Origin: Burkholderiaceae bacterium
Lineage (GTDB): Bacteria; Pseudomonadota; Gammaproteobacteria; Burkholderiales; Burkholderiaceae_F
NCBI GenBank assembly: GCA_035274065.1
Contig: DATEOP010000280.1
Coordinates: 1-38,145 of the forward strand
Length of the DNA stretch: 38,145 nucleotides
Direction: 5' to 3'
The first letter of the stretch is position 1; the number at the start of each line of letters is the position of its first letter. A model generated the notes under the pieces. The model made no database searches and was not told the origin of the DNA. It worked only from the letters and a program-made list of their open reading frames with translations. The translations under genes were made by a program, and so were the position numbers. Shown piece after piece: positions 6,267-14,049 of the stretch.

Positions 6267-7055
6267 ATGAAGAACGACGCATTTCTCTACGACGCGCGAT
6301 ACCAAGCGCTGAACAACGGTCAAATCGACGCTGCGCAGCTGGAGCAAGTACGGCCAGCTTCCCTGCTCGATACCAACTACGTCAAGCAATACACGCCGCT
6401 TGTACGGCGATTGGCGCATCAGATGATCGCCCGGCTTCCCGCCAACGTCGAGCTCGACGACATGATTCAGGCCGGGATGATGGGACTGATGGATGCGGTG
6501 TCTCGATTCGAAGTGACACAGGGTACGCAGTTCGAGGTCTACGCTGCGCAGCGAATTCGTGGCGCGATGCTCGATGAACTGCGTGCCAATGACTGGCTGC
6601 CGCGCTCGGCACGCAAGAGCCAGCGCGACATAGAAAATGCGATCCATAGGTTGGAAGGCAAACTCGGCCGCGCTCCGCATGAAACAGAAATCGCCGGCGA
6701 GCTCGAGATGTCGCTCGCGCAGTATCAGCAGATGCTGCACGATGCGCGCGGCGGGCAGCTGGTACATCTGGACGATCTGGGCGGCAGGGTCGACGACGAG
6801 GACTATCTTGAGCGACACCTGGTCGGCGACTCACCGGAGCCCGCGGAAATTTTGCGTGACAAGCGCTTTCGCTACGCGTTGGTCGACGCAATTGATGAGC
6901 TTCCCGAGCGGGAGAAGCTTCTGATGAGTCTTTATCACGAACAGGACTTGAACCTGCGTGAGATCGGCGTCGTGATGGGTATTACCGAATCGCGCGTCTG
7001 CCAGCTGCACAGCCAAGCTGTTGCGCGACTGCGCTCACGGCTGAAGAACTGGTAG
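6267..7055 (+). CDS. fliA: Flagellar sigma factor FliA (sigma-28)
   Basis: YTPLVRRLAHQMIARLPANVELDDMIQAGMMGLMDAVSRFEVTQGTQFEVYAAQRIRGAMLDELRANDWLPRS (regions 2.x) and LPEREKLLMSLYHEQDLNLREIGVVMGITESRVCQLHSQAVARLR (region 4) match E. coli FliA closely. The start is either 6267 or 6201. Confidence 0.93.
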   Translation: MKNDAFLYDARYQALNNGQIDAAQLEQVRPASLLDTNYVKQYTPLVRRLAHQMIARLPANVELDDMIQAGMMGLMDAVSRFEVTQGTQFEVYAAQRIRGAMLDELRANDWLPRSARKSQRDIENAIHRLEGKLGRAPHETEIAGELEMSLAQYQQMLHDARGGQLVHLDDLGGRVDDEDYLERHLVGDSPEPAEILRDKRFRYALVDAIDELPEREKLLMSLYHEQDLNLREIGVVMGITESRVCQLHSQAVARLRSRLKNW

Positions 7056-7123
7056 TCAGTGTGCGCGCGTCTGCTCGCGCATGCATTTAATGAGATGCGT
7101 GCAGCCGCACGCAGCAACTTGAG

Positions 7124-7381
7124 TTAGCTCGCGAACATCCTCAATTGGGCGGCTTCGCGGGCGAAGCGCTCGAGTTCGTCCGTCCCGCCTTGCCGCATCG
7201 CGCGCAGTGCGCTTGCCTGCGGCGCAAGCAGACGCAACAGATGTTCTTTGCGGCCGCTTGCATCGGCCAGGCCGGCAGGATCGTTGGCGATCAGTGCTTC
7301 GCTTTCGTCGTGCAACGCCTTAATTAAATCTGAGAACAGGCGCGCTGGAGCGTCGGGGGGCAGCGAGGAATGCGGGTACAT
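7124..7381 (-). CDS. flgN: FlgN-like protein, short (85 aa; about the N-terminal half of a typical FlgN), possibly a truncated remnant
   Basis: It lies immediately downstream of the flgM-like ORF, the classical flgMN order. ARLFSDLIKALHDESEALIANDPAGL...KEHLLRLL resembles the FlgN N-terminal helices. It lacks the C-terminal half and has no obvious SD. Confidence 0.4.
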   Translation of the reverse strand: MYPHSSLPPDAPARLFSDLIKALHDESEALIANDPAGLADASGRKEHLLRLLAPQASALRAMRQGGTDELERFAREAAQLRMFAS

Positions 7382-7405
7382 GTCGAGCGATCAGTGTGCA
7401 GTGCG

Positions 7406-7588
7406 TTAAAGGTCGGGATGAATGGAGGCGATCAGCTTGGCTGCGATCGCGTTGGAATCGATCCGATAGTGTCCCTTGGCGATCGCCGTCCGTAGTGCGC
7501 GGATGCGGCTTTCCGGGCAGCAGTCGCGTGCCGGGCGAATATCCGCACGCGGGAGTGCCAGTGGATAGGAAAGCGCCAAAAGGGTCAC
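7406..7588 (-). CDS. flgM: FlgM-like anti-sigma-28 factor, C-terminal sigma-binding part only (60 aa, GVG-type GTG start)
   Basis: The C-terminus RIRALRTAIAKGHYRIDSNAIAAKLIASI matches the conserved FlgM motif (IK-AI--G-Y-VD---IA-KLI). An in-frame TGA at 7634-7636 closes the ORF upstream, and the only start available is the GTG at 7588. Confidence 0.55.
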   Translation of the reverse strand: MTLLALSYPLALPRADIRPARDCCPESRIRALRTAIAKGHYRIDSNAIAAKLIASIHPDL

Positions 7589-7595
7589 ATTACAA

Positions 7596-7622
7596 AATTC
7601 GGCAATTGGCCGGCGAACTTTA
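7596..7622 (-). promoter_or_regulatory. Sigma-28 type promoter TAAAGTTC-N11-GCCGAATT directly upstream of the flgM-like ORF
   Basis: On the minus strand: 7/8 and 6/8 matches to TAAAGTTT-N11-GCCGATAA with exact 11-nt spacing. The -10 element ends 7 nt before the GTG at 7588. Confidence 0.55.
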
Positions 7623-7704
7623 GATCGCGGGCGTCAGCGATTCCTCCCCGCGAGGGTGCATTATTCTTACCTGACCCTGAAGAATCTGACTGCCGACCCT
7701 TCGC

Positions 7705-10700
7705 GTGGCTGATCGCCCTACCATTCCGCAGCGTTCCTTCAACCGTGGTCCGCGCGCGGCCAATGCGCCGAAAGTTGTCAGTGAAGAGCGCGCGTTGGCG
7801 CTTGGGCTGCCTGGGACTGGCAATGGCCCACCCCCCTCACCGCCGGCGGTGAAAGCAATTTCAGCCGTGCCCGGTCCGCAGGATTTCGCCGCCCCCGCTG
7901 ATGAAGCTGCAAATCTCGCGGCACGGCCGGCCGACACTGTGATCGAAACCTTACTGGCGGCAGCGCACATTGGCCTGGCGCTGATTGATCGCGACATGCA
8001 TTACCGGCTTTGGAATAACTGCCTCGAAGAGTTATTCGACGTGCCAGCGGATGCTTTGCTCGGAGGCGTCATTACGCAAGCCGACGGACTGAGCCAGTTG
8101 CCGGAACTGATCACTGAGCTGAAGCGGATCAGCGAAAGCGGTGACCGCACGCCGGTGGAGCGCGAATATCAGTTGCCACGAGCCGAGCGGGGCTGGGTGC
8201 GGGTAAAGCTTGCGCCGGTGTTTGCGATTGATGGCCGCTTTGACGGTGTTCTAGTCGCCTGCGAGCGAATCGACCGCGAGCGCTTTGCGCAAAACTCGCT
8301 TGGCGCCCTCAGGCAGGCGCTCGAATCCGTCGGCGAAATGGTGTTCGAGATCGATAAACGCGGAACCGTGGTCGATGCGAACGATGCCGCACGGCAGCGG
8401 CTGGGATACGACCGGGACGCTTTGAAGGGACTGTTGCTGAATGCAATCGATGTTGGCCTCGCTGCAGAAGACGGCGCGGATGCGGGCTTCGCTTCGGTAT
8501 ATGAGCAACTGCAAACGCGGGGCTCTTTTCAGGGCGAGACGCGTTACAGGACGCGTTTTGGAACCGAATTCGCCGTCGAAACCGTGCTTCAGCGGGTGGT
8601 GCACGATGGGCGCGAATTTATTTTGCTGCTCGCGCGCGACGTCGGGACGCGCAAACAAACCGAATCCGACCTGACCGAGAGCGCAGAGCGCTTTCGGACG
8701 CTGTTCGACGAGAGTCCGGTTGCGGCGCTTTTACTCGACAGCGAATTTCGCCTGATCGGTGTGAACCGTGCAGCCTGCGCAACGCTTGGCTACGACGTCG
8801 ACGAGCTGCTGGGAAAAGATCCCACCACGCTGCTTCACCCCGATGATCGGGCTTTGCTGCAACACGCTCGCGCGGACATGCAGCGCGGTGCGGTTGAATC
8901 CGAGTCTGCCGAACGTCGCTTCATGCATCGCGACGGCCGCGTCGTATGGACCAAATTGTCGATGCGCGCCATTGTTTCCGAGACCGGTCTGCGGCACACG
9001 TTGCTGGTTCTCGAAAATTTCACGGACCGCAAGATTTTTGAGGAACAACTACAGGTCGCCTTGCGGGATCAGCAAACGCTGTTCGAAACGATGTCTGTCG
9101 GCGTGGCGCAGACGATGTCGGGAAAGATCCTGTTGGCAAACCGCGAATTCGCGGAGATGTTCGGCTACAGCGACGGCGAAGTCATCGGCATGCCGCTATG
9201 GGATTTGTGCATTGATCGACATCACCGTGCTCCGAATGAAGTGTCCGGTATGCCGGTGGTGCGATCGAATCAGACAACCAGCGGTGAAGTTGTGTTGTTC
9301 CGCACTGACGGCGAGCCAGTGTGGTGCCTCGTTCAAGCGCGCCCGATCCAGGCCCAGGAGCCGGGCCTGGAAGTGCTGCGCGAGGCGATCTACACCTTTC
9401 AAAACATCTCCGAGATCAAGCATCAGCGTGAAGCGTTATCGCAATCCTTGCGCGAACTTAAAGAGCAGGGCGAAGAGCTGCAAAGTGCACTCGCGCAGCA
9501 ACAGCTGATTTTTGACACTGCGCTGGTTGGGTTGTTATTCGTGCGTGACAGCCGTCCCGTTCGTGCCAATTCGGCAATGGAAGACTTGCTCGCGTGCGAA
9601 CCGGGCGCGCTGGTGTCGCAGATGCAGTTGTTTTCGCACCCAACCGATCATCTGCTGCTCGCGAATCTGTCCGAGCACTATCAGCGTATCAACGATACCG
9701 GCGCCACGGAATTCGAGCTGCACATGTTCCGCCGCAAAGGCCCGCCGATCTGGGTGGCCGTGCAAGGGCGTGCCGTGAATCCGGAACGCCCCGAGCTTGG
9801 CTACATCTTCGCGTTCGTCAACGTAGACGAACGCAAGCGCTCGGAGCGCGAGCTGCGCGCCACGCTCACGGAGCTGCAGCTTATTTTCGATAACGCGCTG
9901 GTCGCCGTGCTGTACGTGGCCAACGATTTGATCGTCAAGGCCAACGTCGCCACGCAACAGCTGTTCGGGTATGACGCGCGCGACTGGGACGAATTGCAAA
10001 TGTCTTCGCTGTTCGCGACGCCTGGCGATTGGGAAGACATCCGCGAATTGCCGCTGGTGGAGATCGATTCGGACGAGTCGGCAGAAATTTCGGAGCCCGA
10101 AGCCGAGCCAACTGCAGCCGGCGGTGTGTCGTTCGAGCGGCTGATGCGTCGTGCGGACGGCACCACGTTCTGGTGTGCGGGTTACGGGCGTCCGATCGAC
10201 CCATCGGCACCCGATCGGGGCGTTATCTTGACTCTGGTCGACGTCGACGCGCGCCGGCGTTCGGAGGAGGAGCTGCGCCGTGTGCGGAACTATCTCGACC
10301 TCGTCGTCGAGAACCTGCCTGTGCTGGTGTCCGTTCGCGAAGCTGAGACCGGTCGTTTTGTGAGCCTGAATCGTGCCGGCGAGACGATCACCGGGTTAAC
10401 ACGCGAGCAGGTGGTTGGCCGGACGTGGGGCGAAATCTATGCACGCCAGTTCGCCGACTTGTACGCCGAACTCGATCGCAAGGCGCTGTCGACGGGAACG
10501 CAGGTTGACCGGCCGCGCGACGTGATGTTGCGCGCAGACGGCAAGCGCTTGACGATCAACCAGCGTGTCGTGCCACTGTTCGAATCCGAACCAGGACGCT
10601 CGGTAGCGGCCGGTGACGCAAATGCACGATACGTCATGTCGATCATCGACGACCTGACCGAAGAGGTGCGAGCCGAAACCGCATTGCGCGAGACCGAAGC

Positions 10701-11709
10701 GAGATTCCGTCAGTTCGCCGAGAATATCGATCAGCTCGTGTTCATCATGACAGGCGATTTTTCGAGCGCGCTATACGTCAACCCGCGGTACACGACGCTG
10801 ATTGGCGGGCCGGTCAGCGATCTGCTCGACAACCCGCGCAACGTGATGCGGCACGTGCACTTCGAGGACGTACCGATCGTCGATCGGGCGTTGCCGCGAT
10901 TGGTCGCGCGTATGCGGCGACTGATGCGATCGGAATTGACCGCACGGATAGATCACCCTACGCGCGGTGTTCGCAATATCAATGTACGGCTATCGCCGGT
11001 GCGCATGGAAGACGGCGCGATCCGGGTATTTGGCATCGCCGACGACGTGACCGAGCGTACACGAGCCGAACAACAGAGAATGGAACAGATCGTCAAACAG
11101 CGCGACGTTCTGGTGCGCGAAGTTCATCACCGAATTAAAAACAATCTGCAGGGCGTCGCGGGGTTGCTGCAGCAAACCGCAGATGCGCGCCCCGATGTCG
11201 CCGATATTTTGTCGGAAGCGGCAACGCAGATCCACGCGATTGCCCAGGTGCACGGGCTACAGATTCGCTCGAGCGGTACGTTGCCGGTGCTGGGTGTTGC
11301 GCAGGGAATATTCTCGACGCTTTCCAACATGTTTGGCGTCGAAGTGCGCTTTGAGCCGCCGCCCCCAGATTTATGGCGCTTCGGTCTGCCGGAAAACGAA
11401 GCGGTCCCACTGGCGCTCGTGATCAACGAGCTCGGCACGAATGCGATTAAGCACCGTGCCACGCGCCAGGATGGCATCATGGTCAAGGTCACAACCCGGC
11501 CGGACGGAATGGAACTGGCGATCGAAAATCCTGGCACCTTAAAGGACGGGTTCGATCTTGCGCAAATTTCTGCGAGCGTATCGGGGCTGGGCCTAGTGAA
11601 GGCACTGTTGCCGCGGCGTGGCGCGCGGCTTGTCGTCGAGCGCACCGGCTCATTGGTATCGACGCGGCTTCAATTGTTTCCGCCCGCGATACGCGAAGAC
11701 AGCATTTAA
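7705..11709 (+). CDS. Soluble multi-PAS sensor histidine kinase with a HisKA_2-type (PdtaS/LovK-like) transmitter
   Basis: Up to 1334 aa with no hydrophobic segments. There are about eight PAS/PAC-like repeats, for example ERFRTLFDESPVAALLLD, QQLIFDTALVGLLFV, LQLIFDNALVAVLYV, NYLDLVVENLPVLVSV and ARFRQFAENIDQLVFI. The H-box REVHHRIKNNLQGVAGLL is the HisKA_2 signature, and the N-box is INELGTNAIKH. The start is uncertain: GTG at 7705, or an in-frame GTG at 7939 just before the first PAS. Confidence 0.9.
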   Translation: MADRPTIPQRSFNRGPRAANAPKVVSEERALALGLPGTGNGPPPSPPAVKAISAVPGPQDFAAPADEAANLAARPADTVIETLLAAAHIGLALIDRDMHYRLWNNCLEELFDVPADALLGGVITQADGLSQLPELITELKRISESGDRTPVEREYQLPRAERGWVRVKLAPVFAIDGRFDGVLVACERIDRERFAQNSLGALRQALESVGEMVFEIDKRGTVVDANDAARQRLGYDRDALKGLLLNAIDVGLAAEDGADAGFASVYEQLQTRGSFQGETRYRTRFGTEFAVETVLQRVVHDGREFILLLARDVGTRKQTESDLTESAERFRTLFDESPVAALLLDSEFRLIGVNRAACATLGYDVDELLGKDPTTLLHPDDRALLQHARADMQRGAVESESAERRFMHRDGRVVWTKLSMRAIVSETGLRHTLLVLENFTDRKIFEEQLQVALRDQQTLFETMSVGVAQTMSGKILLANREFAEMFGYSDGEVIGMPLWDLCIDRHHRAPNEVSGMPVVRSNQTTSGEVVLFRTDGEPVWCLVQARPIQAQEPGLEVLREAIYTFQNISEIKHQREALSQSLRELKEQGEELQSALAQQQLIFDTALVGLLFVRDSRPVRANSAMEDLLACEPGALVSQMQLFSHPTDHLLLANLSEHYQRINDTGATEFELHMFRRKGPPIWVAVQGRAVNPERPELGYIFAFVNVDERKRSERELRATLTELQLIFDNALVAVLYVANDLIVKANVATQQLFGYDARDWDELQMSSLFATPGDWEDIRELPLVEIDSDESAEISEPEAEPTAAGGVSFERLMRRADGTTFWCAGYGRPIDPSAPDRGVILTLVDVDARRRSEEELRRVRNYLDLVVENLPVLVSVREAETGRFVSLNRAGETITGLTREQVVGRTWGEIYARQFADLYAELDRKALSTGTQVDRPRDVMLRADGKRLTINQRVVPLFESEPGRSVAAGDANARYVMSIIDDLTEEVRAETALRETEARFRQFAENIDQLVFIMTGDFSSALYVNPRYTTLIGGPVSDLLDNPRNVMRHVHFEDVPIVDRALPRLVARMRRLMRSELTARIDHPTRGVRNINVRLSPVRMEDGAIRVFGIADDVTERTRAEQQRMEQIVKQRDVLVREVHHRIKNNLQGVAGLLQQTADARPDVADILSEAATQIHAIAQVHGLQIRSSGTLPVLGVAQGIFSTLSNMFGVEVRFEPPPPDLWRFGLPENEAVPLALVINELGTNAIKHRATRQDGIMVKVTTRPDGMELAIENPGTLKDGFDLAQISASVSGLGLVKALLPRRGARLVVERTGSLVSTRLQLFPPAIREDSI

Positions 11710-11746
11710 CTGTATATGAGCGTGCCCACTGCACTAAGCTTGCCCA

Positions 11747-12343
11747 ATGAGTGAAACTCCACCCCTGGTGATGGTCGTCGATGACGACCGTTTAGTGCTT
11801 GCCACACTGGTCGCCGGCCTTAAGCAGGCGGGCCTCGAGGTGATCGAAACCGACAACGGTGACGACGCGATCCTGCTGGCACGAAAGCACAAGCCAAGGC
11901 TTGCGATTCTTGATATGCGCATGCAGGGCAAGTCGGGGATGGACGTCGCGCGATATCTTGCCGCCAATACCGACACGGGCTTCATGTTCCTGTCGGCGTT
12001 CGGGGATAGCGACATTGTCGACGAGGCGATGAAGATGGGCGCGCTCGGTTATCTGGTGAAACCCGTCGACGTACGGCAGATCGTTCCAGCAGTTCGGGCC
12101 GCGCTGTCGCAGTCGGAGGACGAGAAAGGCGTACAGCCGGACAAACCTTCAAGCAAAGCACCGACCGAAGGCGCGCGCGACGAGCTGATCGCGCTTGGTA
12201 TCTTGATGGAGCGGCTGCGTCTCGACGATGCACGCGCGCTTGAGGCGCTGCGAGCGCAGGCGAAAGCTGAGGGTAAGCCAGTAAGCCAACTGGCTACGAA
12301 CATGGTGGAAGCCGCAAATCGGCTGAATTCGATTCGTCATTGA
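11747..12343 (+). CDS. Response regulator with REC + ANTAR RNA-binding (antiterminator) output domain
   Basis: REC motifs are VVDDD, the phospho-acceptor in LAILDMRM, and LVKP. The C-terminal part, ELIALGILMERLRLDDARALEALRAQAKAEGKPVSQLATNMVEA, fits the ANTAR three-helix pattern seen in AmiR, NasT, EutV and PdtaR. Confidence 0.88.
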   Translation: MSETPPLVMVVDDDRLVLATLVAGLKQAGLEVIETDNGDDAILLARKHKPRLAILDMRMQGKSGMDVARYLAANTDTGFMFLSAFGDSDIVDEAMKMGALGYLVKPVDVRQIVPAVRAALSQSEDEKGVQPDKPSSKAPTEGARDELIALGILMERLRLDDARALEALRAQAKAEGKPVSQLATNMVEAANRLNSIRH

Positions 12344-12355
12344 CGCGGCCCTCGA

Positions 12356-12763
12356 ATGCAGGTTACTCGCTACATCGAGCGGCATGGCTTTCGGCGTTGG
12401 TACGAGCGGCAATTGATTGAAAGCCATGCCTATCTGGCGCTCGGATTTATTGCACTAATCTTCCTCCTGTCCGGTTTGGAGCTACTCAGTCAGGCCGAAG
12501 CGGGTGTGCGTTACTTAATTGTCCTGATACCTGCTGCAGCCGGTGGGATGTTGCTGGTGGTTGCATGGCGTCGGTTCGGCGTCCTGCTGACACGCGCGGA
12601 GCACTTTGCAGAGGCCGCGACATGCCCAGAGTGCAAAGCGTGGGGTAAGTTCAAAGTACTCGCGCAAGAATCGTCGAGTGCTTCCGATCCGCCGGAAGCA
12701 GGACGCCCGCACTGGTTAAGCGTTCGATGTACGCAGTGCGACGCGGTTTGGAAGCTGCAATAG
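12356..12763 (+). CDS. Membrane protein with two TM helices and a C-terminal CxxC...CxxC zinc ribbon
   Basis: Predicted TM segments are AYLALGFIALIFLLSGL and YLIVLIPAAAGGMLLVVAW. The zinc ribbon is CPEC...(29 aa)...CTQC. It starts 12 nt after the ANTAR regulator stop, on the same strand. Confidence 0.6.
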   Translation: MQVTRYIERHGFRRWYERQLIESHAYLALGFIALIFLLSGLELLSQAEAGVRYLIVLIPAAAGGMLLVVAWRRFGVLLTRAEHFAEAATCPECKAWGKFKVLAQESSSASDPPEAGRPHWLSVRCTQCDAVWKLQ

Positions 12764-12798
12764 CAGAAGTTACCAGCCGCGCCAGCAAGCATCCGGCT

Positions 12799-13902
12799 TT
12801 ACGGCTGCTCCCATAGCGTGAAGTAGAAGGTTGCTCCATGACCCTCCGCAGGAGCAGGCACTGCCTCGGCCCAGACACGACCGCCATGACGCTGAATGAT
12901 CTTTTGCACTGTCGCAAGGCCCACCCCAGTGCCCGGAAACTCGTTTGCGCTGTGCAGGCGCTGAAACATGCCGAACATCTTTTCGGCAAAGCGCATATCA
13001 AACCCGGCGCCGTTGTCCCGCACGAAAAACTCGCGCAATTGACTCGTTTCATTACGGCCAAATTCGACACGGGCGTCGCGGCTCTTCGCGCTGAACTTCG
13101 CAGCGTTGCCGAGCAGGTTCTGCAGCACCAGGCGCAACAGCGTCGGGTCTCCGTCTGCAGTTAGGCCTGGTCCAATAACGAACTCGATCGAGCGCGCCGG
13201 CTCGCGAAGCCGCAAGTCATCGCGCAGGTCATCGGCCAACTCGCGTGCTATCTGAGAAAGATCGACCCTTTCACTGGCCAATTCGCGGCTTGTCATGCGT
13301 GACAGGTTAAGCAGCGTGTCGATCATCGAATTCATCCGCTGACTGGCAGCGACGATGCGACGTAAATGGTCACGTCCAAGATCGTCCAGTGACTTGCCGC
13401 GATCGCCATAATCTTCAAGCACGATCGTCGCGAAACCGTCTACCACCCGCAGTGGCGCGCGCAAGTCGTGCGACACGGAGTGTGCGAGGCTATCAAGCTC
13501 GCGTCCGGCGTTATCGAGTTCGCGCAAGCGTCGCGCGAGCTCTCGCGTGCGCTCAGCCAATTCGCGGTCGCGCCCGTCGAGGGTCGCTTGCAATTCGCTG
13601 ATTCGGCTCGCGCTCGCATCGGACGGGGGCGCTGAGATAGCCGGTGCCGGCGGGGGCGTCGATACAGGTGTGCGACGGCGCTGCGCAATCGCAACCGCCA
13701 CCAGCACGATCAGAGCACCGACGCAGACAGCAGCCAAAAGCTGCGCGGCGTCCGGCCGTGCGGCGGTCCCTGCCCAGGCGACGGACGGTAAACCTGTGGT
13801 GATGAGCGCGGCAAAGCCGACGCCCCCCGCACGCAAGTCACTGTTTTTGTTCCAGCCCATCGCGGCGATTGTGCAGCATCGCGCTAGCAGATGCGAGGTC
13901 AT
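12799..13902 (-). CDS. Membrane histidine kinase (HisKA + HATPase_c) with no recognisable sensor domain
   Basis: H-box SLAHSVSHDLRAPLRVV, N-box LLGNAAKFS, G-boxes DNGAGFD and GTGVGLA. The N-terminus has two short TM segments, then a coiled coil (ELAERTRELARRLRELDNAGRELD). The start is ambiguous (13902 or 13860; the track gives 13986). Confidence 0.85.
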   Translation of the reverse strand: MTSHLLARCCTIAAMGWNKNSDLRAGGVGFAALITTGLPSVAWAGTAARPDAAQLLAAVCVGALIVLVAVAIAQRRRTPVSTPPPAPAISAPPSDASASRISELQATLDGRDRELAERTRELARRLRELDNAGRELDSLAHSVSHDLRAPLRVVDGFATIVLEDYGDRGKSLDDLGRDHLRRIVAASQRMNSMIDTLLNLSRMTSRELASERVDLSQIARELADDLRDDLRLREPARSIEFVIGPGLTADGDPTLLRLVLQNLLGNAAKFSAKSRDARVEFGRNETSQLREFFVRDNGAGFDMRFAEKMFGMFQRLHSANEFPGTGVGLATVQKIIQRHGGRVWAEAVPAPAEGHGATFYFTLWEQP

Positions 13903-14049
13903 CCTGCGTGCCCTCGGCTGACTGTGAAAACCGCCGCGGAAATGCCCTTCGAACGGCACCTTTTTCGAGGGGGTGAGAAGCAGCATTCGGCACTAGCCTG
14001 CGTATTCGTTTTTCGTTTTCCCGCAGGACTTCACTTGCCGTTCGACTTA

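Noticed and set aside
7620-7997. A minus-strand 125-aa ORF upstream of the flgM-like ORF, considered as a possible frameshifted N-terminal part of FlgM.
   Set aside because: It is in a different frame and terminates before the flgM-like start. It is antisense to the 5' end of the multi-PAS kinase ORF, and it shows no FlgM-like sequence.
12764-12798. A possible terminator between the zinc-ribbon gene and the convergent kinase.
   Set aside because: Only a weak 5-bp stem with a 13-nt loop (AGCCG...CGGCT) and no T-tract, which is not convincing.
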